A DNA stretch of 64,000 nt, taken from positions 24,618 through 88,617 of IMG/VR virus record IMGVR_UViG_3300035157_001159. One strand, 5' to 3'. Numbering within the stretch: the first letter of the stretch is position 1; each line of letters opens with the position of its first letter. Both the position numbers and the translations under genes were made by a program. The notes beneath the pieces were generated by a model that saw only the letters and a program-made list of their open reading frames with translations, was not told where the DNA came from and searched no databases. Shown piece after piece: positions 1-9,537 of the stretch. Source of the stretch: a virus.

Positions 1-1
1 T

Positions 2-1174
2 AAGAAGTATGGAACCACCTTCTATTCATTCTCATTAGCTGATGGTCCTGGTGATGCTTATCAGAATACTATGTTCATTAATTCTGGTACTTATGTTGAA
101 GTAATGAATTGTATGGGGATACATCATAATAAGAATGAGGGTGGTTTTGGTGATGATGATATCTTTGAGTATGGTTATTTTTGTGGTGTAATGGGTGAAG
201 AGAGACAATATGCTCCTTATTGTGCTGTACATAATGGATATGTTAATATGGATGATTATCTAGAAACATCCAATCAAATTAGCTATGGATCTTTTTATCG
301 ATTCTGTAAGCCAACTAATTCAAATGACGCTGCATTAAAAATACATTGGTATAAAGGAAACAATGCCCAAGATCCTAATTTTTCTATATTGTCTTTTGTA
401 CAAACAGTTAATACAGAAGCTATTACTTGGTTTACTTTTAGTATTCCAAAAGGACCTCAATTTATGAATCCAAATCCTGGAATTGATTATGATGAACTCT
501 ATAATGGATCAATTACTCGATTTGGTCATGATAGAGAAACTAATTATTATTCAAGTGAAGTTAAGAATGGATGGGATGATTCTGTTTTTGTTACTGCTAC
601 TCGTATCCCAGGATGGACAGCTGATTCAAAAAGTACAGTAAGTGATCCTCCTACACTATACACAAAATGTAGAGACGCAATGTGGGGTTATTTAAGAACT
701 TATAGAGGACTTACTAATAGTGGTTGGACTAGTGCTGGTGGTAAGGCAGAAGTAGTATCTCGTTGGCAACCTTCTATAGCAACTTATAAAAGAGGTAATG
801 ATTATGATTGGAATAGTCATGGTACATTTTATTATAGGAATTCTGATATTGATAAGATTAGTAGTGCTACGTCTTCCGCAAACCAAACAACTGGTGTTTC
901 TGCCACCTCAGATTATTATAGACCAGTAAAAGGTATTCCTCTTCAGTCAAATCTTGTTCCTTGTCCATATTATCTACCAGATGATTTTGTATTAATTCAT
1001 ATAGGTGCTTCACCAGGAGATACTGAATATAGGCAGGGTGATACTATAACAGTTATATCTGGTGTTGAAGTTTACCAAATAATATATGCTTGTTATAATC
1101 AAGCTGAGTATGATTATGATGAAGCTGCTTCAAATTTAGTTAATGGTGTTCTTCTCTGTGCGAGGATTACTTAA
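2..1174 (+). CDS. Phage protein, probably virion-associated; 5'-truncated
   Basis: Frame of ORF 71..1174 stays open back to position 2 (KKYGTTFYSFSLADGPGDAYQNTM); lies in the late structural region. Confidence 0.6.
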   Translation, partial: KKYGTTFYSFSLADGPGDAYQNTMFINSGTYVEVMNCMGIHHNKNEGGFGDDDIFEYGYFCGVMGEERQYAPYCAVHNGYVNMDDYLETSNQISYGSFYRFCKPTNSNDAALKIHWYKGNNAQDPNFSILSFVQTVNTEAITWFTFSIPKGPQFMNPNPGIDYDELYNGSITRFGHDRETNYYSSEVKNGWDDSVFVTATRIPGWTADSKSTVSDPPTLYTKCRDAMWGYLRTYRGLTNSGWTSAGGKAEVVSRWQPSIATYKRGNDYDWNSHGTFYYRNSDIDKISSATSSANQTTGVSATSDYYRPVKGIPLQSNLVPCPYYLPDDFVLIHIGASPGDTEYRQGDTITVISGVEVYQIIYACYNQAEYDYDEAASNLVNGVLLCARIT

Positions 1175-1485
1175 TGACTGCTCATGATTTAACTAATTCT
1201 ATGTCATCTGGTGCTGCTTTATATGGCAATTTTCGAGATACTAATAATAGAAATATTAATGTTTCTAGAGAAGGTGGTGGTGTTAATATTGCGTATGAAG
1301 AGATGAGTCCTATAGATGAGGACAATGTTAGGACTAATTTTAGTTCTATTGTTAGGAGGATAAGTCCTACAGCTGTCCTTGAGGCATTTACTATGAATAA
1401 GTTATCAAGTTCTATTCGTGGATGGATAACTGGTCGAAGACCTGCTACGGGGCAACAATATCCTAGAGGATATTACAATAAATAA
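1174..1485 (+). CDS. Hypothetical phage protein
   Basis: 103-aa ORF coupled to the upstream stop (TAATG). Confidence 0.75.
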   Translation: MTAHDLTNSMSSGAALYGNFRDTNNRNINVSREGGGVNIAYEEMSPIDEDNVRTNFSSIVRRISPTAVLEAFTMNKLSSSIRGWITGRRPATGQQYPRGYYNK

Positions 1486-1507
1486 CATCTGGAGGATGAT
1501 GTAAAGT

Positions 1508-2002
1508 ATGGCCATACAATTTCCACAAGGTCCTGTTATTGGACAGGTTCATAATGAATCTGGTAAGAGTTGGGTTTTTGATGGGTTTACTTGGGTTGTT
1601 CAATTACAACTTCCTATTGGTTCGGCAACTACTCTTGGTGCTTTCAGAGTAGGAAGTGGTTTAGGGGTTGATCCTCAGACTGGAATTTTAACTGTTACTG
1701 ATGCTCCAGCACTTGCTGGAATATCTACTAGTGGATCTACTGCTTTTAATGATTTAACTGTTACTAATTTAAATGTAACTGGTACTCGTTTTGGTGAACT
1801 TGCTGGTGGAGAAAGCACAGTTGGGAGTAGTGGATTTTTATATAATGTAATATCATTTCCAAGAACAATTAGTGTTACTGAACATACATCAGTCACTCCA
1901 AATATGCTTGATGATATAGCATATGTTAAACATGAGGAAGTGTTAATTAATGAAGATGTAGATTTAACTATATCTGATGGAGACTTTATAATATTTCATT
2001 GA
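1508..2002 (+). CDS. Putative virion structural/fibre protein
   Basis: GGAGG SD; AATAAATA late-like motif at 1477-1484; FPxxPxxG..WVFDG.TW motif typical of cyanophage fibre proteins. Confidence 0.65.
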   Translation: MAIQFPQGPVIGQVHNESGKSWVFDGFTWVVQLQLPIGSATTLGAFRVGSGLGVDPQTGILTVTDAPALAGISTSGSTAFNDLTVTNLNVTGTRFGELAGGESTVGSSGFLYNVISFPRTISVTEHTSVTPNMLDDIAYVKHEEVLINEDVDLTISDGDFIIFH

Positions 2003-2013
2003 TCTATGATCAG

Positions 2014-2021
2014 TATAAATA
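2014..2021 (+). promoter_or_regulatory. T4-type late promoter TATAAATA
   Basis: Exact consensus 22 nt before the ATG at 2044. Confidence 0.8.
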
Positions 2022-2043
2022 CAATTAACATTGGTAATAAGTA

Positions 2044-3579
2044 ATGTCTAGGCTTAGAGCAGATAAATTTGTTAATAAGGCCGCTGCTGGTGCACCAGAA
2101 TTAACTTATGGAGCAAACATACCAGTTAGTGGTACTCTTACTGGTGATGGGGGAGTTAATATAAGTGGAGTTTGTACTGCTGGTAAATTTGTAGGAGATG
2201 GATCGGGACTATCAGGTGTTACCGCATCTGGTACAGGTATTGTTTGTTTAGAGGATGAATCTCTAGTTGGTACAGCAGGTACTTTTAATTTTGGAACAAA
2301 TATTTCAGTAAGTCCAGTTTCTGCTGGTGTTGCAACAATAACTTCAGTTAATACAGATACAAATACTACTTATGGTATGCTACCTGTATTGGATGGTAGT
2401 AATGTTAAATTAAGATTAGCTGGATCAGATGGATCTGAAGATGATACTCTATTAACAGCAGGTACAGGTATTTCTTTTGCTGGACTTACTGCTAATGGAT
2501 TCACAATAGAAAGTTCAATAGTTGGTTTATCAAATGTTGTAGAAGATACTACTCCTCAACTTGGTGGTAATTTAGATCTTAATAGTAAAATTATTGAAGG
2601 TACGGGTACTATTAATATTACGGGTGGTGTATCAGCGACTATATTTACTGGTGCTTTTAATGGTGCTGCTAATGGATTAAGTGGTACTCCAGATATTGCT
2701 GTAAGAAATATTGTTGCTGCTGCTGCGACCTTCACTGGTGACGTAAGCATTGGTGGAACTCTAACTTATGAAGACGTAACTAATGTTGACGTATTGGGTA
2801 TATCCACATTTGCTAATGATGTTTATTTTGAATCAAATTACAGTGGCCTTGATGCTGATGCCATGTATTGGGATACGAGTAATGGAGCACTTCAGTTCCA
2901 AGACTCTGTTAAGATATACATGGGTCCAACTTCCACATCAGTTGCTTCGACTCAACCAGGTCCTGGTGCTGGATTAGAAATAGAAGGAAATTCTAGTTAT
3001 GGACTTATAAAAGGAACAAATAATATATTAATTAGAGCTGCTCAGTATGGTGGTAATGGTGAAGTTGAAATTCAAGGTGCTACTAGTAACAAGGGTATAA
3101 AAGTTACAGGTGGTGCTGGAGTACAGATATACTATAATGATAATGAAAAAATAGTTACTACTAACACAGGAGCGATAGTTACTGGAGTATTAACTGCTAC
3201 TACATTTAGTGGTCCTGTTGTTACTGATGATTTAACTATAGGTTCAACGGTTGGAATCGCAACCTCAGGTGGAGTGTTTACAGCAGTTCCTGGAGCACCT
3301 GAAGATTTAAATATTTTCCCTGTTGCTACTGAAGATTATAAGTCTATTGAGTATACGGTTCATTTCACTAATGGAAATAATATACAAGCACAGAAGATCC
3401 TAGTGATGCAGAATGGATCATCCGCATATTATACTGAGTATGCGATTATGTCTAATCCAAATAAGATAGCATCTCTTGGAGCAATAGTTAGTGGTGGTAA
3501 CTGTAAATTACAAGCAACACCTGAATCTGGTATAAGTGGTGTAACCACCTTTAGATTAGTTAGACAAACTATACTATAG
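2044..3579 (+). CDS. Tail fibre-like structural protein
   Basis: Late promoter; G/T/S-rich beta-repeat composition (GDGSGLSGV, TPQLGGNLDLN, VTGVLTATTFSG). Confidence 0.7.
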   Translation: MSRLRADKFVNKAAAGAPELTYGANIPVSGTLTGDGGVNISGVCTAGKFVGDGSGLSGVTASGTGIVCLEDESLVGTAGTFNFGTNISVSPVSAGVATITSVNTDTNTTYGMLPVLDGSNVKLRLAGSDGSEDDTLLTAGTGISFAGLTANGFTIESSIVGLSNVVEDTTPQLGGNLDLNSKIIEGTGTINITGGVSATIFTGAFNGAANGLSGTPDIAVRNIVAAAATFTGDVSIGGTLTYEDVTNVDVLGISTFANDVYFESNYSGLDADAMYWDTSNGALQFQDSVKIYMGPTSTSVASTQPGPGAGLEIEGNSSYGLIKGTNNILIRAAQYGGNGEVEIQGATSNKGIKVTGGAGVQIYYNDNEKIVTTNTGAIVTGVLTATTFSGPVVTDDLTIGSTVGIATSGGVFTAVPGAPEDLNIFPVATEDYKSIEYTVHFTNGNNIQAQKILVMQNGSSAYYTEYAIMSNPNKIASLGAIVSGGNCKLQATPESGISGVTTFRLVRQTIL

Positions 3580-3587
3580 TGTGAAAC

Positions 3588-6032
3588 ATGGTAGGTATTG
3601 GAACGACAACAATAACTCCTAAATTTCAGGAGTGGTTAAAAACACAACCTAAAGAACCTGTAGGTGATGTAAAAAAGAAATATGTTGTTACTTGTAATGA
3701 ACCAAAAGATTGGACAAGTATACATCAAGTATTACTTAAGGATGGTACTTTAGAAGACAATATCCCAAACCAATCTGTACAATGTTCTGATGTTAAGCAA
3801 CATAGTTCCACTAGAGGAACTTATATATTAAATGAAACTGAGGTTGCTGATTTACGTAAGCATCCAAAAGTAAAGGATGTTAATATTGACACTGCTTCTT
3901 ATCCTGGTACTTATATGCCAGATCCAGCAGCGATTTCAGATGCTGTAGTACAAACTTCAAGATACGCAAATACTGTTAAAAATTATAGGGGTGATCCTGC
4001 CACCTTCCTTCCTGCTAGTCCAGGAGCATCAGAGAAAGATCGTACTAGTTATCAATTGATGAGGTGTCAGCAGAAGAGTAATCCTTGGGGAAACAATGTT
4101 AACCAAGTATTAGATGATAAACCTGCTCTTTATGGATCTGGTAAGGATGTTGATGTTATAGTTGCTGATCAGGCTGCTTGGTTAGGTCATATAGAATTTC
4201 AAAATAATTTAGGAGGACCAACTCTTTATGAGGGTGGAAATACTTTAACAAGGAAAAATATATCTACTACTTCAGGATCATGTGATGTATTAGATCTTGT
4301 ATTGGATGCTCCATATTATATTGATCCTGATTATTTTAATGCTAATCCTGCAGGAAGATTAACTACTCGTTGGGATGGTACAACTGTTCCTCTTGAGTCT
4401 GTTGCTTTAGGATGGTGGACTGATGGTTCTAAGAGATCGGCAATATTTGCTAATATAGGAACTGTTGATCTTGCTAGTAGTGGATATACTAGAGATAGAT
4501 GTAATGGTAGTAATGTTACGATGCCAACTCATGGTAGTAATGATTATCATGGAACACCATGTGCTTCTTTAGCTTACGGTAGAAATTATGGTTGGGCATT
4601 CAATGCTAACAAATGGTATATTAATGCTTATGGTACATATTCAACAGGAGTAGAAAAATATTTTGACATTGCAAAAATATTCCATCAGAATAAACCAATT
4701 AATAATACTTATGGTACAAGGGATGCTACAATAAGTAGTAATAGTTTTGGATATAGAAAGGATCTTCCAAACCAAGCATATCATTTTTACCGTAAAGGAC
4801 TTTCTGGACTACTAACTCAAAGTTATTCTATAGATGTAACTGCTGCTGGATCTGGTGCTTATACACTTTCGGGAACTGATAAGGCTGGAAATGTTAGTGG
4901 TAATAATCCAACAATTACATGTAACGCAGGAGATACTCTTAACTTTGTTGTTGATGCTACAGGACATCCATTTTGGATAAAGACTACTGCTGGAACAGGA
5001 ACAGGAAATCAAGCAACTGGTGTTACTAATGGTGGTACAGTATCAGGAACAGTTACTTGGACACCAAGTGCTGCTGGAACATATTATTATCAGTGTGAAT
5101 ATCATGGTGGTATGGTTGGGCAGATTGATGTTGGTAATTCACAGGCTGCTGGTACTCAATATACTGCATTGAGTCAAGTACCTTTTATGGATAATTTTTG
5201 GCAGGGTGCTATAAGATTTGAGTATGTTGGAAATAGTTTGGTTACTGCTGGTGATGAAATGATTGCTGCTGGTGTTATTTTTGTTTGTTCTTCGGGTAAT
5301 ACAAATCAGAAATTGGTTAAGGCAGATCACCCAGATTATAATAATTATTGGTCAACTGCTGGTGACGGTTCTTATGCCAATTCTCAGACATTTGCTTGGG
5401 GTTTTCAAACATATAATAGTATTAATAGACAGGGATTTCCTGGAATGATAGGTAAGACAAGCGAAAATGTATATAGAACTATACCTGTTGGTGCTATGGA
5501 TACTGATTTAGAATCAACTTCAGGGACTGGGCAAGAGAGAAAAATTGTTTATAGTAATATGGGAAACTTAGTTCCATTTTATGCTCCTGCTTATGATGTT
5601 CTTTCTGGATGTGATAGTAATACTAACACAAGATATAATAGATATGATGCGTATTATACTATAAATGGTAATCAGTCTGTTGAATCTGAGGATTGTAGAT
5701 TTGGTGGTACTAGTGCTGCTTGTCCTATAGCATGTGGATTGATTGCTACTAAACTTCAATATAATAGGGAATGGTCTGTTGAGGATGTTTTAGATTGGGT
5801 TACTAATCAGGTTGGCACTTTGGATGCTGCTGATTTTTTTACTGGAACAGAATCTCAAACCTTTAATGATTCAGAATGGACTGATCAGAATAATACTCAA
5901 GGTGGAGAACCTATTATAATCTGGGATGCTGCTACAGGAAATGAGACAGAATCTGGTGATGAGAAAATACAATTAAGATTTAGGAATGCTGGTGGTATCC
6001 AAATAAGTGGAGTCAACTTTATAAATACCTAA
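3588..6032 (+). CDS. Subtilisin-like (S8) serine protease with inserted cupredoxin domain
   Basis: Triad motifs DVIVAD (D ~4167), HGTPCAS (H 4548), GGTSAACP (S 5712); oxyanion SSGN; insert with GHPF...YYYQCEYHGGM. Confidence 0.8.
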   Translation: MVGIGTTTITPKFQEWLKTQPKEPVGDVKKKYVVTCNEPKDWTSIHQVLLKDGTLEDNIPNQSVQCSDVKQHSSTRGTYILNETEVADLRKHPKVKDVNIDTASYPGTYMPDPAAISDAVVQTSRYANTVKNYRGDPATFLPASPGASEKDRTSYQLMRCQQKSNPWGNNVNQVLDDKPALYGSGKDVDVIVADQAAWLGHIEFQNNLGGPTLYEGGNTLTRKNISTTSGSCDVLDLVLDAPYYIDPDYFNANPAGRLTTRWDGTTVPLESVALGWWTDGSKRSAIFANIGTVDLASSGYTRDRCNGSNVTMPTHGSNDYHGTPCASLAYGRNYGWAFNANKWYINAYGTYSTGVEKYFDIAKIFHQNKPINNTYGTRDATISSNSFGYRKDLPNQAYHFYRKGLSGLLTQSYSIDVTAAGSGAYTLSGTDKAGNVSGNNPTITCNAGDTLNFVVDATGHPFWIKTTAGTGTGNQATGVTNGGTVSGTVTWTPSAAGTYYYQCEYHGGMVGQIDVGNSQAAGTQYTALSQVPFMDNFWQGAIRFEYVGNSLVTAGDEMIAAGVIFVCSSGNTNQKLVKADHPDYNNYWSTAGDGSYANSQTFAWGFQTYNSINRQGFPGMIGKTSENVYRTIPVGAMDTDLESTSGTGQERKIVYSNMGNLVPFYAPAYDVLSGCDSNTNTRYNRYDAYYTINGNQSVESEDCRFGGTSAACPIACGLIATKLQYNREWSVEDVLDWVTNQVGTLDAADFFTGTESQTFNDSEWTDQNNTQGGEPIIIWDAATGNETESGDEKIQLRFRNAGGIQISGVNFINT
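6020..6027 (+). promoter_or_regulatory. T4-type late promoter TATAAATA
   Basis: Exact consensus upstream of the ATG at 6044. Confidence 0.75.
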
Positions 6033-6043
6033 AAAACTTAACT

Positions 6044-6553
6044 ATGGCACAAAAAGGTTTTGGTGTAAAGGAGTTAAATATAGCAGCGGCTGCTTCTGGT
6101 AATCCTGCCATAGAAGCTGTTACTGATGAGTTAGATTTAAAAGCTGCTAAGATTGGTATAAGCACCGATATTCAAGTTGGTAGAAATGTAAATGCTGTTG
6201 GTATATTAACTGCCTCTTCTGTCAATGATGATGCAGGTAATGTTAGACAGATAGTTAGTAATTCTAAGTCATCTACCTATCAGATAGTAAAGGGTGATGT
6301 TGGTGAATTAATTAATACTACTGCTGGTGTTACGATTCCAGCAAACCTTACTCCAGCATTTACTGCTGGAGATGCGATTACAATTTATAATAATAGTGCT
6401 AGTGATATTACAATAACTCAAGGTTCATCAGTTACAATGTATCAAGCAGGTACTTCAAATACTGGTAACAGGGTTCTGGCACAGAGAGGAGTTGCTACTG
6501 TATTATGTGTAGGAACTAATACGTTTACAATTATTGGCGGTGGTCTGAGTTAG
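6044..6553 (+). CDS. Short fibre/adaptor-like structural protein
   Basis: Late promoter; C-terminal fibre-tip-like beta domain (FTAGDAITIYN...GVATVLCVGTNTFTIIGGGLS). Confidence 0.65.
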   Translation: MAQKGFGVKELNIAAAASGNPAIEAVTDELDLKAAKIGISTDIQVGRNVNAVGILTASSVNDDAGNVRQIVSNSKSSTYQIVKGDVGELINTTAGVTIPANLTPAFTAGDAITIYNNSASDITITQGSSVTMYQAGTSNTGNRVLAQRGVATVLCVGTNTFTIIGGGLS

Positions 6554-6564
6554 GGGGATTTAAA

Positions 6565-9525
6565 ATGCCCATACAACAGGCACTACTTCACGAACCACCA
6601 GCAGCAACAACTGTTGTTGGACAGCAAGAATATACATCACCAGGATCCTATAGTTGGACTTGTCCATCTGAGGTGAATGAAGTTCATGTTGTATGTATAG
6701 GTGGTGGCGGTGGTGGTCAAACACAAGACTTCGCAGCAGGTGGAGGTGGTGGACTTGGATGGAAAAATAATATTCCAGTAAATCCAGGTCAAGTTTATTC
6801 TGTTGTAGTTGGTAATGGAGGAACTCAAAATACTTCTGGTGGAACTGATGGTGGAGATTCATATTTTATAAACCCAACTACTGTTAAAGGTGGTGGTGGA
6901 AAAGGTAATAATCAAGGTGGTGGAGATTTTGTTGGTGATGGTGGTGGTACTGGTGGTGATCATCAAGTATATGGTGGAGGCGGTGGAGCTGGTGGATATT
7001 CTGGAAATGGTAATTCACAATCTGGTGGTGCTGGTGGATATGGTTCTGCTAATGGTTTAACTGGTGGTGGTGCTGGTGGTGGGGGAGTAGGAATATATGG
7101 TGAAGGTACTAGTGGTTCTAATTCTCCAGTTAATAACACCAGTGGTCAATCCATGCCTGGTGGTGGTGGAGGATCGGGTGGAAATAGTGGTACAAGTGGA
7201 ACTGTACCAAGTTTTAGTGGTGGATATTATGGTCTAGTTGCTGGTGGTCCTGGTGGTAATTATGGTGGAGGTGCTGGTGGAGGTTCTGGTTCCCAATACG
7301 GTACAATTCTTGCTGGTAATGGTGGACAAGGTGCTGTAAGAATTATATGGGGTGTTGTTAATGGTGTCAGTAGAGCATTTCCAAATACATTAACTTCTAA
7401 TCAAAACTCTTCATCAACCTATGCTCTTAATGCCCCTAATAATGTAGATGAGGGTAGTAGTTTTACAACAAATGTCACTACTGGAAATGTTTCTGATGGA
7501 ACAACTTTATATTGGAGATTGACTGGTATAGATTCTTCTGATTTAACTTCTGGATCTTTAACTGGTTCAGGAACTGTTTCATCTGGTGGATTTAGTTTTT
7601 CTCATACTGTTGCTGCTGATATTTCAACTGAAGGTGAAGAAGTTATTTACATTGCATTATATACTGATGCTGGATATACTACATTAGTGGCAGCAGCAAA
7701 CGTAGTTATAAATGATACTTCATTTGATCCTGTTGGTGAATCAATATACACTGAAGAAGGATCCTATAGTTGGGTTTGTCCTGCGAATGTGACAAGTGTA
7801 TCTGTTGTTTGTGTTGGTTCTGGTTCTACTTCAGTTACAAGTAATAATGGTAATGAGGGATGTTCTGGTGGTGGACTTGGATATATTAATAATTATTCTG
7901 TAACACCAGGACAAACTTATGCTGTTCAAGTAGGAGGACCAAATGGACAAAATAATGCTCCTTGGGTAAGTGGAACAGGAAGTACATATTATGAAGGTCC
8001 AGCTGATTCATTCTTTGTCAATAGAACTACTGTAAAAGGTGGTGGTGGTTGGACTAATTCAAATGGTTATGGTGGGTTTAGTGTTAATCGTGGAGATTTT
8101 GTTGGTGATGGTGGTGGTAATGGTGGCGGTGGTGGTAGTAGATATGGTGGTAGTCAATACGCTTCTGGAGATGGTGGAGGCGGTGGAGCTGGTGGATATT
8201 CTGGAGACGGTGGATCTGGTGGAAGAGCAGGATGGTCATATTATCAATATGCTGGACTAGCAGGATCACCTGGTACTGGTGGTGCTGGTGGTGGCGGTGG
8301 CGGTGGCGGTAGTGCTGGAGGTGGTGCTCCTGGTGGTGGTGTAGGAATATATGGTGAAGGTGGAAATGGTGAAGGTGGAGTAAGATATGGTGGTGGACCT
8401 GGTGGATATGGTCCTGGTAAAGGAGGTGGTGGATCAAAAGATCCTTATGGTGATGGTGGACATGGAAGTAGTATAGGTGGTCAAGCAATACAAAATGGTG
8501 GTGATATTTTTAGTTATCCTGGTGATTCTCAACGAAGAGTAGCTGGTAATTATGGTGCTGGTGGAACACCGTGGACAATTTCTGCTAAAGGTGCTGTAAG
8601 AATTATGTGGGGAAGTGGAAGATCATTCCCAAATAATGCTCTTGCTGAAGCTACTAATAGGGCTGAGACTCAAGTTACTGGTGGACAACAATTTACTACA
8701 GCAGGAACATTTACTTGGACATGTCCTGTAGGTGTAACTTCTATATCTGCAGTTGCTATTGGTGGTGGTGGCGGTGGTCAATCATCAGGTAATTATCAGG
8801 GACAACCTGGATATGATGGACAAGGTGGAGGTGGTGGTGCTTTGGTATATAGAAATTATATTCCAGTAGTAGCAGGACAGGATTATAAAGTTGTTGTTGG
8901 TGCTGGAGGTGCTGCTGCTCAAGGTGTTGGTAATTTAAATGCTGGACAGACTGAAGCTCAGAGAGGTGGTGATACTACTTTTGGTATAGATGGTGTAAAT
9001 ATTTTACTTCATGCTGAAGGTGGAGCTGGTGGAGTTAAAAGAACAAATCTTAGTTTAAGGATGGGTGGAAGACCAATGACTGGAATTGGTTATAGTGGTG
9101 GTGATGGTGGTCAAGCAACTGGATGTTCTGCTGGTGGAGGTGCTGGTGGATATAGTGGTGAAGGTGGTGAAGGTGGATATGCAAATACTGCTGGAACTAA
9201 TGGTGCTGGTGGTGGAGCTGGTGGTGGCGGTGCAAGTTATTATGGAGGTAGTGGTGGCGGTGGAGGTACTGGTTTAAACGGTGAAGGTACTAGTGGTGCT
9301 GCTGGATCAGGTATAAATGGTGGTGGCGGTGGATCAGGTGGTAATACTGGTTCTAATGGTCAAACCTATGGTGGTAATAATGGTGCTGGCGGTGCTGGTG
9401 CATCTCCTGGTGGAGGAGGTGGTGGTGGATATTCCAATCCAGGTGGTTCAAATGGTGCTGGTGCTGTAGGTGGATTAAGAATTATCTGGGGATCTGGTCG
9501 AACATTCCCATCAAACGCAACTTAA
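6565..9525 (+). CDS. Gly-rich modular virion protein (3 Gly-rich modules plus an Ig/Calx-beta-like domain), putative adhesin
   Basis: Three copies of GxY/FxWxCP...GGGGL...G(A/G)(V/L)RI(I/M)WG; NVDEGSSFTTNVTT Ig-like segment. Confidence 0.75.
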   Translation: MPIQQALLHEPPAATTVVGQQEYTSPGSYSWTCPSEVNEVHVVCIGGGGGGQTQDFAAGGGGGLGWKNNIPVNPGQVYSVVVGNGGTQNTSGGTDGGDSYFINPTTVKGGGGKGNNQGGGDFVGDGGGTGGDHQVYGGGGGAGGYSGNGNSQSGGAGGYGSANGLTGGGAGGGGVGIYGEGTSGSNSPVNNTSGQSMPGGGGGSGGNSGTSGTVPSFSGGYYGLVAGGPGGNYGGGAGGGSGSQYGTILAGNGGQGAVRIIWGVVNGVSRAFPNTLTSNQNSSSTYALNAPNNVDEGSSFTTNVTTGNVSDGTTLYWRLTGIDSSDLTSGSLTGSGTVSSGGFSFSHTVAADISTEGEEVIYIALYTDAGYTTLVAAANVVINDTSFDPVGESIYTEEGSYSWVCPANVTSVSVVCVGSGSTSVTSNNGNEGCSGGGLGYINNYSVTPGQTYAVQVGGPNGQNNAPWVSGTGSTYYEGPADSFFVNRTTVKGGGGWTNSNGYGGFSVNRGDFVGDGGGNGGGGGSRYGGSQYASGDGGGGGAGGYSGDGGSGGRAGWSYYQYAGLAGSPGTGGAGGGGGGGGSAGGGAPGGGVGIYGEGGNGEGGVRYGGGPGGYGPGKGGGGSKDPYGDGGHGSSIGGQAIQNGGDIFSYPGDSQRRVAGNYGAGGTPWTISAKGAVRIMWGSGRSFPNNALAEATNRAETQVTGGQQFTTAGTFTWTCPVGVTSISAVAIGGGGGGQSSGNYQGQPGYDGQGGGGGALVYRNYIPVVAGQDYKVVVGAGGAAAQGVGNLNAGQTEAQRGGDTTFGIDGVNILLHAEGGAGGVKRTNLSLRMGGRPMTGIGYSGGDGGQATGCSAGGGAGGYSGEGGEGGYANTAGTNGAGGGAGGGGASYYGGSGGGGGTGLNGEGTSGAAGSGINGGGGGSGGNTGSNGQTYGGNNGAGGAGASPGGGGGGGYSNPGGSNGAGAVGGLRIIWGSGRTFPSNAT

Positions 9526-9537
9526 GGAGAGAGAGAT

